In this document: positions 1 to 15,272 of the stretch, piece by piece
How positions within the stretch are numbered: position 1 is the stretch's first letter
How the letters are laid out: each line of letters starts with the position of its first letter
The notes under the pieces: model-generated
The model's database searches: none
What the model was told of the DNA's origin: nothing
The model's input: only the letters and a program-made list of their open reading frames with translations
Assembly (NCBI RefSeq): GCF_009914755.1
Contig: NC_060929.1
Strand: one strand, 5' to 3'
DNA length: 64,000 bases
Source: the human T2T-CHM13v2.0 reference genome, Homo sapiens
Position numbers and translations under genes: made by a program

Positions 1-155
1 ATTCACAACAGCAAAGACTTGGAACCAACCGAAATGCCCACCAATGATAGACTGGATAAAGAAAATGTGGCACATATACACCATGGAATACTATGCAGCC
101 ATAAAAAAGGATGAGTTCATGTCCTTTACAGGGAAATGGATGAAGCTGGAAACCA
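1..155 (+). mobile_element. L1PA fragment (ORF2 3' end), cut by the window edge and ending without 3'UTR or polyA
   Basis: attcacaacagcaaagacttggaaccaacc...ggatgaagctggaaacca matches the end of L1 ORF2; near-identical to 18822-18978 and 22397-22551. Confidence 0.95.
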
Positions 156-3100
156 GTTTCTCCATCACTAGTACAGAAAAATCAAAATAGAACAGAATGC
201 TATAGTGATAATAAAAGTGTTCTTAGACTTAAATAACAATCTTTAAAGAAAAATTATTCTAACTCAATTAGTTGATTAAGTTATCCCTGATAACTGAAGG
301 CAACATTTATTTTTGTTGGGATCAACACAACTGTTTAGAAATATAAAATTTTGTTTGCTTTTATTAATAGATGAAGTAGCATACTTTACATTCAAGCTGT
401 TCATTTGAAGCCCACTTTTGTTGTCCTTTCAGAGTAAAATTTTTTCCAGATTCCCTGTACCTGTTTTCACAACCATGACATATTCAGAAAGTTTTCTTCT
501 TAACATTAGTTGCTAAGCAAAATATATTTCAGTACGCCTGCTGAAAATTGTCAGTCAAACACACATGGCAAGTGTTTGGTAATCTGATAACACTTTACCT
601 TACCAGCCATTATCCAATATTTTACAATTGATGCTAGGATATTTAACTAGAACAGAGTCATGTTTTTTTTATTGTGTGAAATCAAGAGATGTGATGAAAA
701 GAAGTCTGAAATCTCAACATTCCCCCATTTCATTAGGGTTCTTATTTGACTCTCTTAATTTCTTTATTGGAAGCACTCTGTCATGACTGGCTATTTTCAC
801 AAAAGTAGAAGTAGTCCTATGAACAGTAGCAAAATATTTCTCTCAAGTAACAAAAGAATAAAAATTGTTTTGTAAAAACATGTTTTTCTTTCATTTTACA
901 TAAAAAAAATTATACCCAAACTCTATTATTTTGAACTTTTTCATTAAATGGGTTGAATTTACTTTATTATTTCCAAACCAAATGTAAGACAACATGCAAG
1001 AAATACATGCCATTTGTAAGCTCTAGCTTTAAGGGCCGTTTATTAAGGTGAGGGAAGATACAGATTTGTCTGAAATTATTCATCCTCATGGCCCAAGTGA
1101 GAGTACATGGAGAACTTTTGTCCGTGAGTATGCCTTTGAATACTTATTTTGAATCTGCCTTTAACAACCCCTGTGCAATATAACAGAAAGTAGATTGTAG
1201 GAAGCTGTTCCTCTTACCTTGATCCTAAAGAGATAGCCATATAGGGATTATGAATTGGAGCAATGCTTATGATAATAGAGTTTGGTGCTGTGTTTGTTAT
1301 TGCCTCCACGTTTTCCAATGGATTGCATATGACTGTGATAAAGAAACAGTCTATGATAGCTAAACAAAGAGGTAGTCATTTCAGTTTATGTTTGAACTTC
1401 CACTCTTCTGTACTAATCAAACAAAATGATATCCAGCTGCTTACTTTAGCCATAAAACATTGTTTTATCGTATGCTTCTGTACGTATCTAGAAATATGTT
1501 ATGTAAACCATTTTAATATGAGAAAGTTGAGGGTTCAATTGCATCAGAATCAGGAAATACAGAGTTAGGATAGCCAATTTAAACTCAGACCCCTCTCCTC
1601 ATTATCAGCAATGTAGTGGTGCTTTTCATTTCATGGATTTATTGTTTGTGACTGTTTATGTTATATGTGAGCATCAGGTAATGGGTGACAGGCAAGATTG
1701 CAAACCTGAGGAGGACCATTCTTCTCTAGGATTGTAGTCAATTCTAATCCATCATTTTACATACATAATCCCCAAGCAGTGCAAGCCTGAGACATGTGAG
1801 CATCTGTTCATTGAATGCACCTCTCTCCATGCCAACGACATGTCACATGGAGCACATCTGAGTTTGACCAAATCATCAGGCTCCTGGACAGACAGGCTTT
1901 TACACATTAATGAGTCTTTTGTTAGTAGCATTTGTGTGATTATATTTATTCACATAAGAAGGCATCCAAAGAAAAAAGTTAGAAACTATAAAAAGGCATG
2001 AAAAGAAAAATAAGTTTTACATTTTGCTGAATGTCTTTCCTAGCCCTTATGGGTGTTTCCACATTTCTGTTTTACAAAATTGACATGTTATTCAAAGAGT
2101 TATATAGGCCATTTATTTCAAAGTTAATATTTTTGACCATTCTTCCACCACAATAAATATTTTTTATAACATGATTGATTAAGCTATGTATTTTCATTGT
2201 GTAGAAGTGAAAATCATTTTTATAACTACTCTCCTGTTTGGGGACTTTAAATGTTTTTCTATTATAAAAAAGCCCGCATTGTACCAACCTTAATTTTTTT
2301 AGAATACTTTTTTAGAAACAGAATTTGTGTCCAGGGCAAAAAAAATTTAAGGCTTTTAATGTCTATTTTCATATTGACTTTAAGAAAGTTTATTGTGTAT
2401 CAATTTATAGTCCCTGGACAACATTTCTTTAAGTGGAACTGTTTATGGAATCTTCAATGCTGATATTTTGCGAAGAAACTTATTCAATAAATTCAACTGT
2501 TATATCTAGTTCTGTATTATAAACATAAACAATAAAAATAATTTTTTTAAATCTAGATCTAAGCTTTTATTCTTATATTGAATGAGAACACACTGTTGAG
2601 TGTAATGAGGACACATTCTTACACAAGTGTAAGAATGTACTTATTTCTTCCATCCTGAACTTATTGAATTCTCTTCAATATCCTGAATCTTACTCACGAA
2701 AAAGTCTCCTTGAATTTGTAAGTTTCATTGCTGCTGTCTGATTTCTCATTTTCCATACATAAGCCTGCATATGAAGGGATCTCTTTCTTCCTCAAACACC
2801 TAAGCCAATAGAATTGAGCCAAAAATATGCAATTGGGCAAGACTCTCCAATGTTCAGTTGGCACATGGCTATATACGCAGGAGTAAAACAGGCTTGTGAG
2901 TTCTGGCTTTGGTAGGGCAGTTGCGCCTTCTCCATACCACTTGTCCACCAGCCTGCAAGTGATGTGAGCTGGCTGTGGCCTTAATAATGTCACAATGGCC
3001 TTCTTCCCCTACACTTCAACCTCCTACCCTTTCCCTTCTCTCTTTCTCTGGGTTTCTTATGAGGAAAGAGTCAGAAAAGAAATGCAATCAATAAGAAAAC

Positions 3101-3546
3101 ACTAAAGTGAAGGTGGATGACAAGCAACTGCTGCCTAGTGCCAAAAGGGCACAGATCAGGCCCAGCCTCATTTTATTTGTGAGCTCGTATCACAGCCTTT
3201 GGCATAATCCTTTGGGATAAATTTTCTACACTTTCGAATCTCTGAGTAAGCGAATGGATGGAGAGGGAAACTTGATAGTGTAATAGCGCACCAAGGCTGA
3301 GTGTGTGCATCCACCAAAACACACATACCTCCATGCCTATTTGTGGGAGTACCTTAAACTGATCGAACATGAAATAAAATGGTCAGCAATATCAAACATA
3401 GTAAATATAGTCCAATATTTAAGATCGTTTTGTGACCACAATCTCATTATTCCATTGGAAGTAAACACTGTATTCGCTTGCTCCATTCCTTTGATAGATT
3501 AAGTGAGACAGCCAGATTGACATAACCTAAATCTTCTGATTCTTAA

Positions 3547-5703
<2,157 letters not shown>

Positions 5704-5896
5704 GAAAAATCGTGTTTTATCTTCCTTTGTCTTACATTTCAGACAAGTTCCTATATCCTTCCCTTTTTATTATCTATGTATGGATTCCAACTTTTTCACC
5801 CTGGTAAAAGAGGCAGACTTTTCAAGCTTATAACAACTGCTTATCTAATTGTATTTTAATGGAGTACACATTATTGTGTTTTTTGCTGCAGCAGCA

Positions 5897-6358
5897 TTTT
5901 TTTTATTTTTATAGACTAAGGGGTACATTTACAGGTTTGTTACATGGATATGTTTTGTAATGGTGAGGTTTGGGCTCCTAGTATGCCCTTCACCTGAATA
6001 GTGAACATAATACCTCATTGGCAATTTATCAACCCTTACCCCTCTCTACCCTTCCCCCTTTTAAAATTCCCAATGTCTGTTATTTCCCTTTCTATGTACA
6101 TGTGTGCCCGTTGTTTAGCGTCTAGACAGTATTTAATTTTCTGTTTCTGAGTTATTTTACTTAGGATAATGGCCTCTGACTCCATCCATGTTGCGGCAAA
6201 AGAAATGATTTCATGCTTTTTATGGCTATGTAGTATTCTATGGTATACATAAACTACATTTTCTTTATCCAGTCATCCACTGATGGACGCTTAGGTTGTT
6301 TTCACGACTGTGCTATTGTGAATATTGCTGTGATAAACATATAAGTGCAGGTGTCTTT
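5897..6358 (-). mobile_element. L1PB-type 3' end
   Basis: T-rich tail, then gggtacatttacaggtttgttacatggat... and tccatccatgttgcggcaaaagaaatgatttcatgc, the reverse complement of the L1PB 3'UTR/ORF2 end. Confidence 0.85.
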
Positions 6359-7400
6359 ATTCTTCTTTTCCTTTGGTGTAAGGAAAGATATGTATTAAAC
6401 ATGTTAGAATAGGTATCTATGCACATGTATGTGCACACACAAACACTACACATGCACACATACCTCACACTTACACCAGGACCTAAGAATCCAAGGCAAT
6501 TCAGAGCCTGAAGCATCATTTTGCGGTGTATAAAATGAAACACATTTCCATAAAAAACTAGCATCATCACACAGTGTATTTCCGTTTTGTTGTTTTGGTG
6601 GTGGTGATAGTGGGTTTCTATTGGACCCCAGGTACGAAGAGTTAATCATATTCAATTCAAAGCTCTTGATCACCAGTCATCTGAGCAAGCTCCCTCTAAT
6701 CTATGTATTCACTCCCTTTTAGCCCTTTTTTTCTCATCCACATAGATAGCTATTTTAACATGTCTAATACATGTCTTTCACTTGTAAGCATGCTCTATAA
6801 GACAACTCATAAGTTTATGGCATCATTCTAAAATTTTAAAAAAATCTATTTCTTTCAGCTTTTAAATGTTTCAAAGTGTGTTTTGTGCTTTCAGCTTTAA
6901 AAAAGAGAGAGAGAGAAAAAGAAAACTCCCCCTCCATACTATCACTATTAGAAACAAATTATTCTCCTAGGAGACTTCTCTCCCCAGTCCTTCTAAACTA
7001 CTTGTTTTCCAGACTGAGTTCTGCATCCTTTGCTCCATTGCTCTCATTTCTCTCCCAGCTCTCTCATCTTTTGGAGTTTACCAAAACACAATGGAAATTA
7101 TGCCAATTATTTGCCAGAAGGCGAATGTGTACATGGAAGTTTCAAAAGATAATTTTCTAATAAGCCATATTTATCTTGACTTTTTCATTTTCATGTTCTT
7201 CCATATTCATCCCTATATAATATGGCTAAGAAACTGTAATCTGTGCTGGGTGCTTGGGAAAATAGAGGGAAAATGCATGTTTCTCAATCCTTTTATTCCA
7301 GCCCTCACATTAAGATTTAGAAAAAAATAAGCCTGTTAGAGAACAATCAAGGCGGCATTTAATTAGAAGCCAAAGCCAATTTTTCTAGAACTTTATATTT

Positions 7401-7556
7401 CTAGTGAGCCCTTCACCTGAATAGTGAACATAATACTCCATTGGTAATTTTTCAACCTCACTCCTCCCTACACTGCCCTCTTTTGAAGTCTCCAAGGTCT
7501 ATTATTTCCCTCTGTATGTCCATGTGTACCCAATGTTTAGCTTCCAGGCAGTATTT
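7401..7556 (-). mobile_element. L1PB 3'UTR fragment, paralogous to 5978-6134
   Basis: gcccttcacctgaatagtgaacataatac is identical in both copies. Confidence 0.8.
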
Positions 7557-7639
7557 CAGGAAAATCACTGGGGTTGATGTGGTCAAACAAGTCTTTGTCA
7601 TAGTCTTCTTCCTTTTTCTCCATTAATCTATTAATAACT

Positions 7640-7745
7640 CTAATTCACAGATGAGGAAATTTAGATTTAAAGGGGGTAACTAATCCAAGACCATATAATG
7701 TTGGGACTGAAATCAAGAGTTTTTTTAACTCTAAAATCTACACAC
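7640..7745 (-). mobile_element. MIR fragment
   Basis: cacagatgaggaaatt...ggtaactaatccaagacc resembles the MIR core, reverse complement. Confidence 0.55.
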
Positions 7746-7827
7746 TAAAATGGGTTCTCCAATTATTTACTAGTATGGTCAAAACTTGATGTGGCATTAT
7801 AGGGATGTCTCCATTATTCTGCAGTCC

Positions 7828-7895
7828 TCATTTATTCAGCAATTTAGGCCCATCCTGTGTGTCAGGTGCTGTGCTAAGCATTAGAGATAGAGAAC
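7828..7895 (-). mobile_element. L2 3' end fragment
   Basis: catttattcagcaattt...tgtgtcaggtgctgtgctaagcattagagata. Confidence 0.55.
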
Positions 7896-9513
7896 TTAGC
7901 TAGTACAGCATCTTCTCTAGTTAGTTGAAGGCCTGAGCAAAGCAAATCAGGTGAAGTTTAGTAAAGTGCACATCAATGGCATTCATAAAGTGGAAAAATA
8001 TAATAAGGAAGCCTAAGGAACAATGAGCACAAAATTGAACCCCATTGTGGCTTACTATAGCTTCAACTAATTTTTCTGCAAAATGAGCCTGCCTTTCCTC
8101 AATACAGTCTCACCCCTGATTGGTATCCCACATATTGGACTCATTCTCATAACTTTAGATCAAACATGACATATTAGTACGTTTATTTTCATGGTTATTT
8201 AAAATGATTCTTTGGGTTTTAACCTTCAGTTGTTAATTTTATATACATAAAAACATGATCTAAAATCTGCTTCTGATTAAAAGATGAAGATTTCCTAAAA
8301 TCCATGTAACAATCTATTTGTTTCACTCTTTAAAAAGCTGTTCCCTGACATCCATAAAGCAGCAATGAATGAAAATAAGAAAAGTCATTTTGAAAAATAT
8401 GTCCTAAAATCTTGTGTAGGCCCTGTAGAACTTTGAGCTAATGAAGCCATAGTTTGATTCTTGCCCTCTCTGATCCCACCAATCATCAATGCTGTAAGCA
8501 GTATCATGACAAAATAGACAGGATATGGAAACAAATGCTGGTCAAGACTCTCAAAAGGGTCACCTCCAGGTCACTCATCCACATGAGCAGCATTTTACAA
8601 TTTGGTTCAGTGCTGCCTGAGACACACATTAACTTTAACTGAAGCAAATTTCTGAAGATTTTCTCAAGAATGAGTCCAAGCAATTTCCCTTCTTTCTTCA
8701 TTTGTAATGTGTTGACATTAATTAGTACCTAATTCCTGGACTGTGTTCAGGCTTCAGTGAAAGACAGAAAGGAATGATTTTGGAGCAGATTAGGCACATA
8801 GCCTCCTGGTCCAGTTCCAAAGAGTGAAGAAACTGCCTACTGCTCTCAGGATCAGGTCCTCCTCAGTCTGATTCATAGTTCTCATTAGGAACCAAAAATC
8901 TTAAAAGAGAAAAGGAATTGGTTCTACTTAATAATAGTAATCACTTTTTCTTAAGAAACTCAAAATATCCTGGGTTATAGTCCAAGATCTGTGAAGAATA
9001 AAAGATAAAGTCATTTAATGACTATGCATGGTGACTAAGCAAACCAGAGTCAAATGCAGGCCTGACTCCAGGACCTTCTGGCTTTATGTTACTTAAATTT
9101 TATATATTTCTTTATACATCCCTGATCCAACAGCTTCTACATGATGTAGCAGCTTCTACGTTTCAGTGAAAATGAGCTTTGTAAAGGATAGCCTCATGGT
9201 ATCAAGTAGGCTATATCTAAAATCAAAGTATGGCAAGACTGAAAGAGTAGTATGGAGTACTCCAGGTATAGTAGGTCTTTGCCTAGTAAGAGAAGTCTTC
9301 TACTTGTTCAAAGAGCTGTGATAGTCCTATGCCATTTCAGAGCCTCACTGGAAAATGTTATTAAAGGCCACTGTTTGCCCTCAACCTGGTATATTTCGCT
9401 CTTCATTTATAAAATATATCTGATTATTAGAAAGCTGGGATAGGGAATGCACAAATTAATAATAAATTATGAGAAAAGATCATCAAAATTGTGGTTTTTA
9501 AAAGAGTATCTGA

Positions 9514-9660
9514 AGCCACGTGCAGTGGCATAGGCCTGTAGTCCCAGCTACTTGGGAGGCTGAGGTGGGAGGGATGCTTGTGATTAGGAGTTCAAGACTA
9601 GCCTAAGCAACATAGCAAGATCCTGTGTCTATAAAATGTAATTTAATTTAATTTAAAAAC
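9514..9660 (+). mobile_element. FLAM / free left Alu monomer
   Basis: single Alu arm gccacgtgcagtggcataggcctgtagtcccagctac...gcaagatcctgtgtct followed by an AT-rich tail; no second arm. Confidence 0.85.
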
Positions 9661-9779
9661 AGAGTAAATACCACACAGATACTAATAAATGATACAGCAA
9701 TGACAAGCCTGAAACAGCAGTAATACATACAGCAACATAAATAGTATCTGAGGAAAACAAAGAAAATCAGACTGAGATT

Positions 9780-10052
9780 TATAACCTAGCCCCATTTATA
9801 AAAATTTAAAATGCAAGTACACGAAACAGCAATACACATTTCACAAGAACACATACAAACACAACGATATATAACAAACACATTAGGTTATTTTCTGGAG
9901 GAAAGAAGGAAATAGATATGAGAAATGGAACAAAATAGGATGAAGAAATAAAAGAGGGGCTTCCCCAGGACCAGTAATGATAAGGAACCATGAGCTAAGG
10001 AATATGATTAACTCAAATCTGCATCTGCATTAAAAAAAAAAAAAAAAAAAAA
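9780..10052 (+). mobile_element. old L1ME-type 3' end with A-tract
   Basis: ggaatatgattaactcaaatctgcatctgc followed by A21 resembles an L1ME4-type terminus (recalled). Confidence 0.45.
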
Positions 10053-11639
10053 GTCCAGAGCTAAATAGATGACATAGAACTTCTGGCTCCCAGTTTCTGG
10101 CTCCCTCTTCTGTGCTTTAAGGCAATATTGTGAAGTCTAGCCTATTAACAAACACATCACAAGCAAATCCCTCACTATGTATGCTCATGACTGGGATTGC
10201 AAGAACACTACACAGAAATCTACAGAAGAGGGGACCATGTGTGCACACTGTCTTCTTACATGTAAGCAAGGAAAAACATAAACTTTCCTGTAGTAATAAG
10301 AAATAAGACTTAGTGCATGTGAATTTTGGATTTATTTGAGCCTTTTAGTTTGTTATCACCTATTAGAGAAGTATCAGCTAAACCTGATCCACATTCAGGA
10401 AAAGGCAAAATTACCTGTTATAGACTATTCACTTTCCAGTCAAGACACTTAGGTTGGCAGGTAAGAATACATATATTAAAGAAACACCCAATATTTTCAG
10501 CAAGACAGTAACTGAGCAAATTTTCTCTTGTCATCTTCCCTTTAGCCTACTCTCCCAGATATGTGTCCATATTCATACCCATAACAATAGTCTAACATTA
10601 TCTAACTTGCTTAGAAGAGAAAAAATAGTGTTACTATTAAGGCAAGACCTTATAGCAATTATGAAAATATAATCTCCTTCAAATTAATTTTTAAAACAAC
10701 AATGGATATTTTAAGCACTAGTTACTCGTTGATGGTGGATTTTCCTTTTTTTTTTTTTTGCATGCTTTGCATGAAAGTTTTAATACTTTAGAAGCCTTCA
10801 GATTTTATGAACCCAAACATAATGCTTGTGAATACCCGTGGAGACCTCCAGCCCAAAGCTCCCTCTCAGGGAATAGCCTGAATATTAAAAATTCAGCAGA
10901 ACTGATTTTAAAATAGTTGAGCTTTTCAAGGGGATGGGTAATCTATCATAATGGAACATTAACTTCACTTGAAGTCCACATTTATGGTTCTGTTTTTATG
11001 ATGCCGTTATGACCTTTACTCCTAGTCTTGTTATTCTGTGATCAGAGTGTGAAAATACTGCAGAGATAAGTGACAAAGAGCTTAGTTGCCAGTTAGTTGA
11101 GGTTTAAAAGTTATTTGCCAATAGATTTTTCAATGCAAGATTTTTAAAAGGCCATTATCTGTCATTGTAAAAGAAATGTGGCCTGTGGTTCATGCAATTA
11201 AAATAACTCCTAATTACATGAGATTAGATTTGCTTTCTCCATAGTCTATTTCATACGGAATAAATCAAAGGATTCATCCACTTCTTTTTTTTTTTAATAT
11301 CCTTAAACTCGTGTCTTCTTCCTGAGCAAGAGATATGATGTAGCTTGCCTACTGTGTGGATCAACCTAGTGACCTGCACAAAGTAAAAGAAAGAGTACCA
11401 GCGTTACCTCCTCCCAAAAAGTAGAAGTTATTTTAGAGTGAAGGAATAAAACACTTAGCCCTTCTTCTCCTTCTAATGCAATTCAGCATATTCAATTTTT
11501 TATCTAAATTACAGATTCATTTATTTAAATCTTTATTCATAAGAAAACCCTTATTTTAGAGTCAATATTTAATAATATTTAATAAATAAAAAATATTTAT
11601 TAAGCTCTTGCAATAAGCCAACCATAGTTCTAGTCACTA

Positions 11640-11820
11640 CAGTGGTGTTCCTCTAAGCATGACTTTCAAATCACCTACAATTGAGTCACTAGAATTAATA
11701 CCAATATCTCAATTACCATTCCCCAACCTAGAATCAGAATCTCAGAGGATAGGACCCAGGAATCTGAACTGTTGAAAGCACCCCGAAATTATTTTGAAAA
11801 CCCCAATTTAAAAACTGATT
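11640..11820. mobile_element. MER5-family hAT-Charlie MITE
   Basis: cagtggtgttc start; gaatcagaatctcagaggataggacccaggaatctg diagnostic core. Confidence 0.65.
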
Positions 11821-11949
11821 CCCTGCCATCAAAATGAGAATGTGGGTAGGAGATAGTAGATCTAGACTTAGGGTAAGTAAAAGCTAAGCGATAATTTGTG
11901 TCACTTGCGGAATAAACCATTTAATTGACAATGCTCTACTCTGTATTCT

Positions 11950-12161
11950 TACCTTCTTCTGACATGGCAAACCCTGAAACCTCATGTTCAGTTGGTATTA
12001 CCATAAAATGTTAGTGTATCTCCACTATAAGTTGAACTGTCTTGCCAGTCCACACTGGACATGTAGCATTAGGTAAAAAAGTCACCTTTCTTGATTTAAG
12101 CCACTGAGATTTGTGGGACTGTTTGTAACTGCAGCAAAACCAGTTTGTCCTGACTGATGTA
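11950..12161 (+). mobile_element. MLT1 (ERVL-MaLR) LTR 3' part
   Basis: ttaagccactgagatttgtgggactgtttgtaactgcagcaaaacc...tcctgactgatgta is the MLT1 terminus. Confidence 0.75.
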
Positions 12162-12379
12162 GACATACCTGCCATCTTTTCTCCTATAGAAAGGTTACTA
12201 TTATTCATTCTTTGCCTTGAAAACAAGCAAAAGTGAATAAGAAAATCCAGAACAATCAGGCATTTTAAGAATAGAAGAACATCTAAAGAACAATATTTTA
12301 ATTAATAACACTATTGACTCTTTCCATATGTTAGGCACTTTGCTAAGGGTTTTCTATGTGAAGATTTACAGACAGGACT

Positions 12380-12635
12380 TGCCTAGCAAAGGCAATACTG
12401 AGAGCAAAGACCCTAAGACTACAATGAGCCTGGCATGTTTATGGAACAGAATAAAAGACCCATGTAACTAAAACATATTTGAGGGTAGGAAGAGAATGGT
12501 AAAGGATGAGGAGTAAGAGTTAGGATCAGAAAATTTGTTAGGAACCAGATTGCACAGGCCTTGTGAGCCATGGAAAACATTTTAGATTTTATTCTTTGTT
12601 CAATGGAAGCCATTGGAAAGCCTTAAGCAAGAAAC
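12380..12635 (-). mobile_element. L2 fragment
   Basis: gcaaagaccctaag...ccagattgcacaggccttgtgagccatgg...ttttagattttattc...ggaagccattgga. Confidence 0.75.
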
Positions 12636-13567
12636 TACATTAGAGTGAAGAGGAGCACAAATCATGAACCACAGAAAGAAAAAATAAATTTTTCCATTAA
12701 ATATATTGGTACTTAACTGTCATCTTTGGTCCATTTTACTTGTGTGCCCTATATAGTCATATTTAATCTAGGTTTTATAAAAATATTATTTCTCCAAAAT
12801 TAATTTAAAAATGTTTGTCTTTGTGGTGGATTCCCATATATCAATAAAACTACTTTTTGTTTCATTTAACAAACATCTATATAGTCTTCCTTTGCAACCG
12901 ACACTGTGGTGCAAAGATAATTGGGACAATATATCAAACTCTGTGAGGAATCTCTCTAGCTTCAACTCCTTTTTTCTAAGACCATTTCACCTTCTTTCCA
13001 ATGAATCCTCTTTTGTCTTCAACCAACATCAATCCTCTTTGTTTACAGACTGAGCCACAAATTCCTCAACGTTCTTGGCTTCTTTTCCCTTCACCCCCAC
13101 TCTGTGTTAAACACCATTGACCTAAACTTGACTTCAAAGATTGATCATGCAGGAACTATCACTGAGACTTGGCCATGCAGAACATGAGCCTCTTTTTGCC
13201 ACTACCTACGAAGGGGGTGGAAGGGTAGAGAGGGAAAGTTACCAAGGAATAATGGGAGGAACCAATCAGATCCCTCAGCTAGACCCAATTCCTCAGTGAA
13301 CTCAGCTGTGCTGCAGCATCAGAGAAGCAATAAGAAATATGATTTCTACATTTTGTTCTATTTCAGTGAGTCACCTGATCAGGATGATTCAGGACCCTTT
13401 TATGGGAAATGCCATAGAGACCTAAGTAAAACATATTCTTTAGATTCCATAAGGCCAATGTTGTTCCCCTGGTAGCTTGGGATAAGGAGAGATGCTGCCA
13501 TTGCCATTAGAGCCTACAAAAACCAACTTGGGAAGACGTCCCTTTCATCCATTATATGTAATATGTA

Positions 13568-14628
13568 AAGGCCGAACTTGCTTTTTACAGCTCCAATATG
13601 GAAATTTCCATTACCATGGTTTAGTTAAATAACACTGGTCCCCAGCAACGTGGTTCACATTTCCATTACCACAGTATATTAACTGTGAGTAATTGCATAA
13701 GGCACAAACTTCGCCGCTGCCTTGTTAGCCTACAAGTCATTGCATAAATAACAGATACATATCCTGATCAGTGACCAATCATGTCACCTTTTACAAAGCC
13801 TGCTGGTGGTCTGTCACTTCACATTTTCTATTCAGTTCATACACAGAAAGCAAAGCATGTGACTATGTTGCCTCCTTGTCTCCCTGTGATAAACTTGTAT
13901 GACATTTTACAAAAACTGATAATCCAAAAAAGGGATTTGTCAACAAAGATGAAAGTACAGCAAAGAAATGAAAAGTAATAATGCTGGAAATGAAATCCAA
14001 ATCAAACATTCATGGAGTTATAGAAGAAATTGCTGATGGTGGGCATTTTGACATAGCTGTTGTTAGAGAGACTCTAGACATACGGTCAGAAGTGCTTAGA
14101 GACAGCAAACGTATAGACACGTAGACATGAATGAGAAAAGTGATTCTAATGAACAGGATGAAAGTGTCCCAGAGGAAATGCCATATGCTTGCAAAAATAA
14201 CTTCATGTTAAAGGCACTACCGGAGATAATTCACAACACTGACAGCACCAAGGATACAATGTCAAAATGTGATCAAAATTTGCTAAGGCATAGAAAATGT
14301 GCCTTGTATATATCACAAGTTATGCTCAAAAAGAAGAAGGCAAGCACTGCTCAAACTATTTTTGATCAGTTTTTTACAAAGAAATAAACATTTAATTACC
14401 AATGTTTGTAACGTTTTAAGTTACAGTATACTAAATATTATTCTTTTTTATTTTCCTATACAGTACATTTATAACAAACAGTAAGAGAGTTTTTAATGTT
14501 TGACAGAAATTTTTAAAGGTCATGGAACGATCAACTTTTCCCACTAGCTACGAGCACCACTTTGCAAGGTTTCTGTTTACAAGGTCATTTTTATAGCCCA
14601 TGTGACTGTGCAAAGCGAGAACCGTCAT
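13568..14628 (+). mobile_element. Tigger6a-like (TcMar-Tigger) non-autonomous DNA transposon, end to end
   Basis: degenerate terminal inverted repeats (TIRs) aaggccgaacttgctttttac / gtgcaaagcgagaaccgtcat, flanked by TA at 13566-67 and 14629-30; internal ttaccatggtttagttaaataacac and gatcagtgaccaatc match the recalled Tigger6a consensus. Confidence 0.8.
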
Positions 14629-15019
14629 TACTGAGAGACTCCATAGGTATCCATATTGTCTACTCCCTCTATTCAGTGAAGGTTGTAGCTTCTGGTTTTC
14701 ACGTATTTTGCCTTAAAAACTTTGTTTATTTCCTTATGTTGTTTTCTAATACTAAGTTATTTTAAATTTAATCATTTTGCAGGGAAAATCTTTTCAGAAT
14801 AGAGAACTTGGATGTGATGCCCAACCAATGTCTTTCAAATTTTTCCCTTTTTAGCTAAAGACTGTTTACCAGTCATTTCCTAACAAGATTAAAAGCAAAC
14901 TAACTCAATAATTAGGAGATTGGGAGAAGAAATAACATTTTCTTTTTGCAGTGGATTGTTTACCTTTTAAAGAATCTTATAAAATGACAAAAAATTATGT
15001 AAAAATTGTTTAGGAATAC

Positions 15020-15272
15020 CTAAGTATGAAAAGTGGATTACAAAACACTGTGAAATGTGACTTCATTTTTGTAAAATACACCTATATGTATGTATGCATC
15101 TAAAGTATATGCATATGTGTATGTGCATATGTACGAAAGTAATCAAAATGAAAGATATAATCAAAATGTCAAGGGTGGTTCTCTTTGGGTAGAAGGACTA
15201 TTGGAAAATGTGTTTCTGTTCCGTGTGTTTTCTGAATTGTCTACAATGGGTATGTAATACTTTTGTAAAAAG
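15020..15272 (+). mobile_element. L1ME-type 3' fragment with (TATG)n
   Basis: caaaatgtcaagggtggttctctttgggtagaaggactattgg...ctacaatgggtatgtaatacttttgtaa. Confidence 0.5.

Noticed and set aside
1263-1568. 101-aa ORF
   Set aside because: No recognisable homology; its 3' end runs into MIR-like sequence; expected by chance
9131-9160. cagcttctac direct repeat around a ctacat/atgtag micro-palindrome (similar micro-duplications at 10081 and 37667)
   Set aside because: Too short to be significant; ordinary slippage
14127-14387. 86-aa ORF ending KKKASTAQTIFDQFFTKK
   Set aside because: Lies inside the Tigger element; a decayed transposase C-terminal remnant with no catalytic domain
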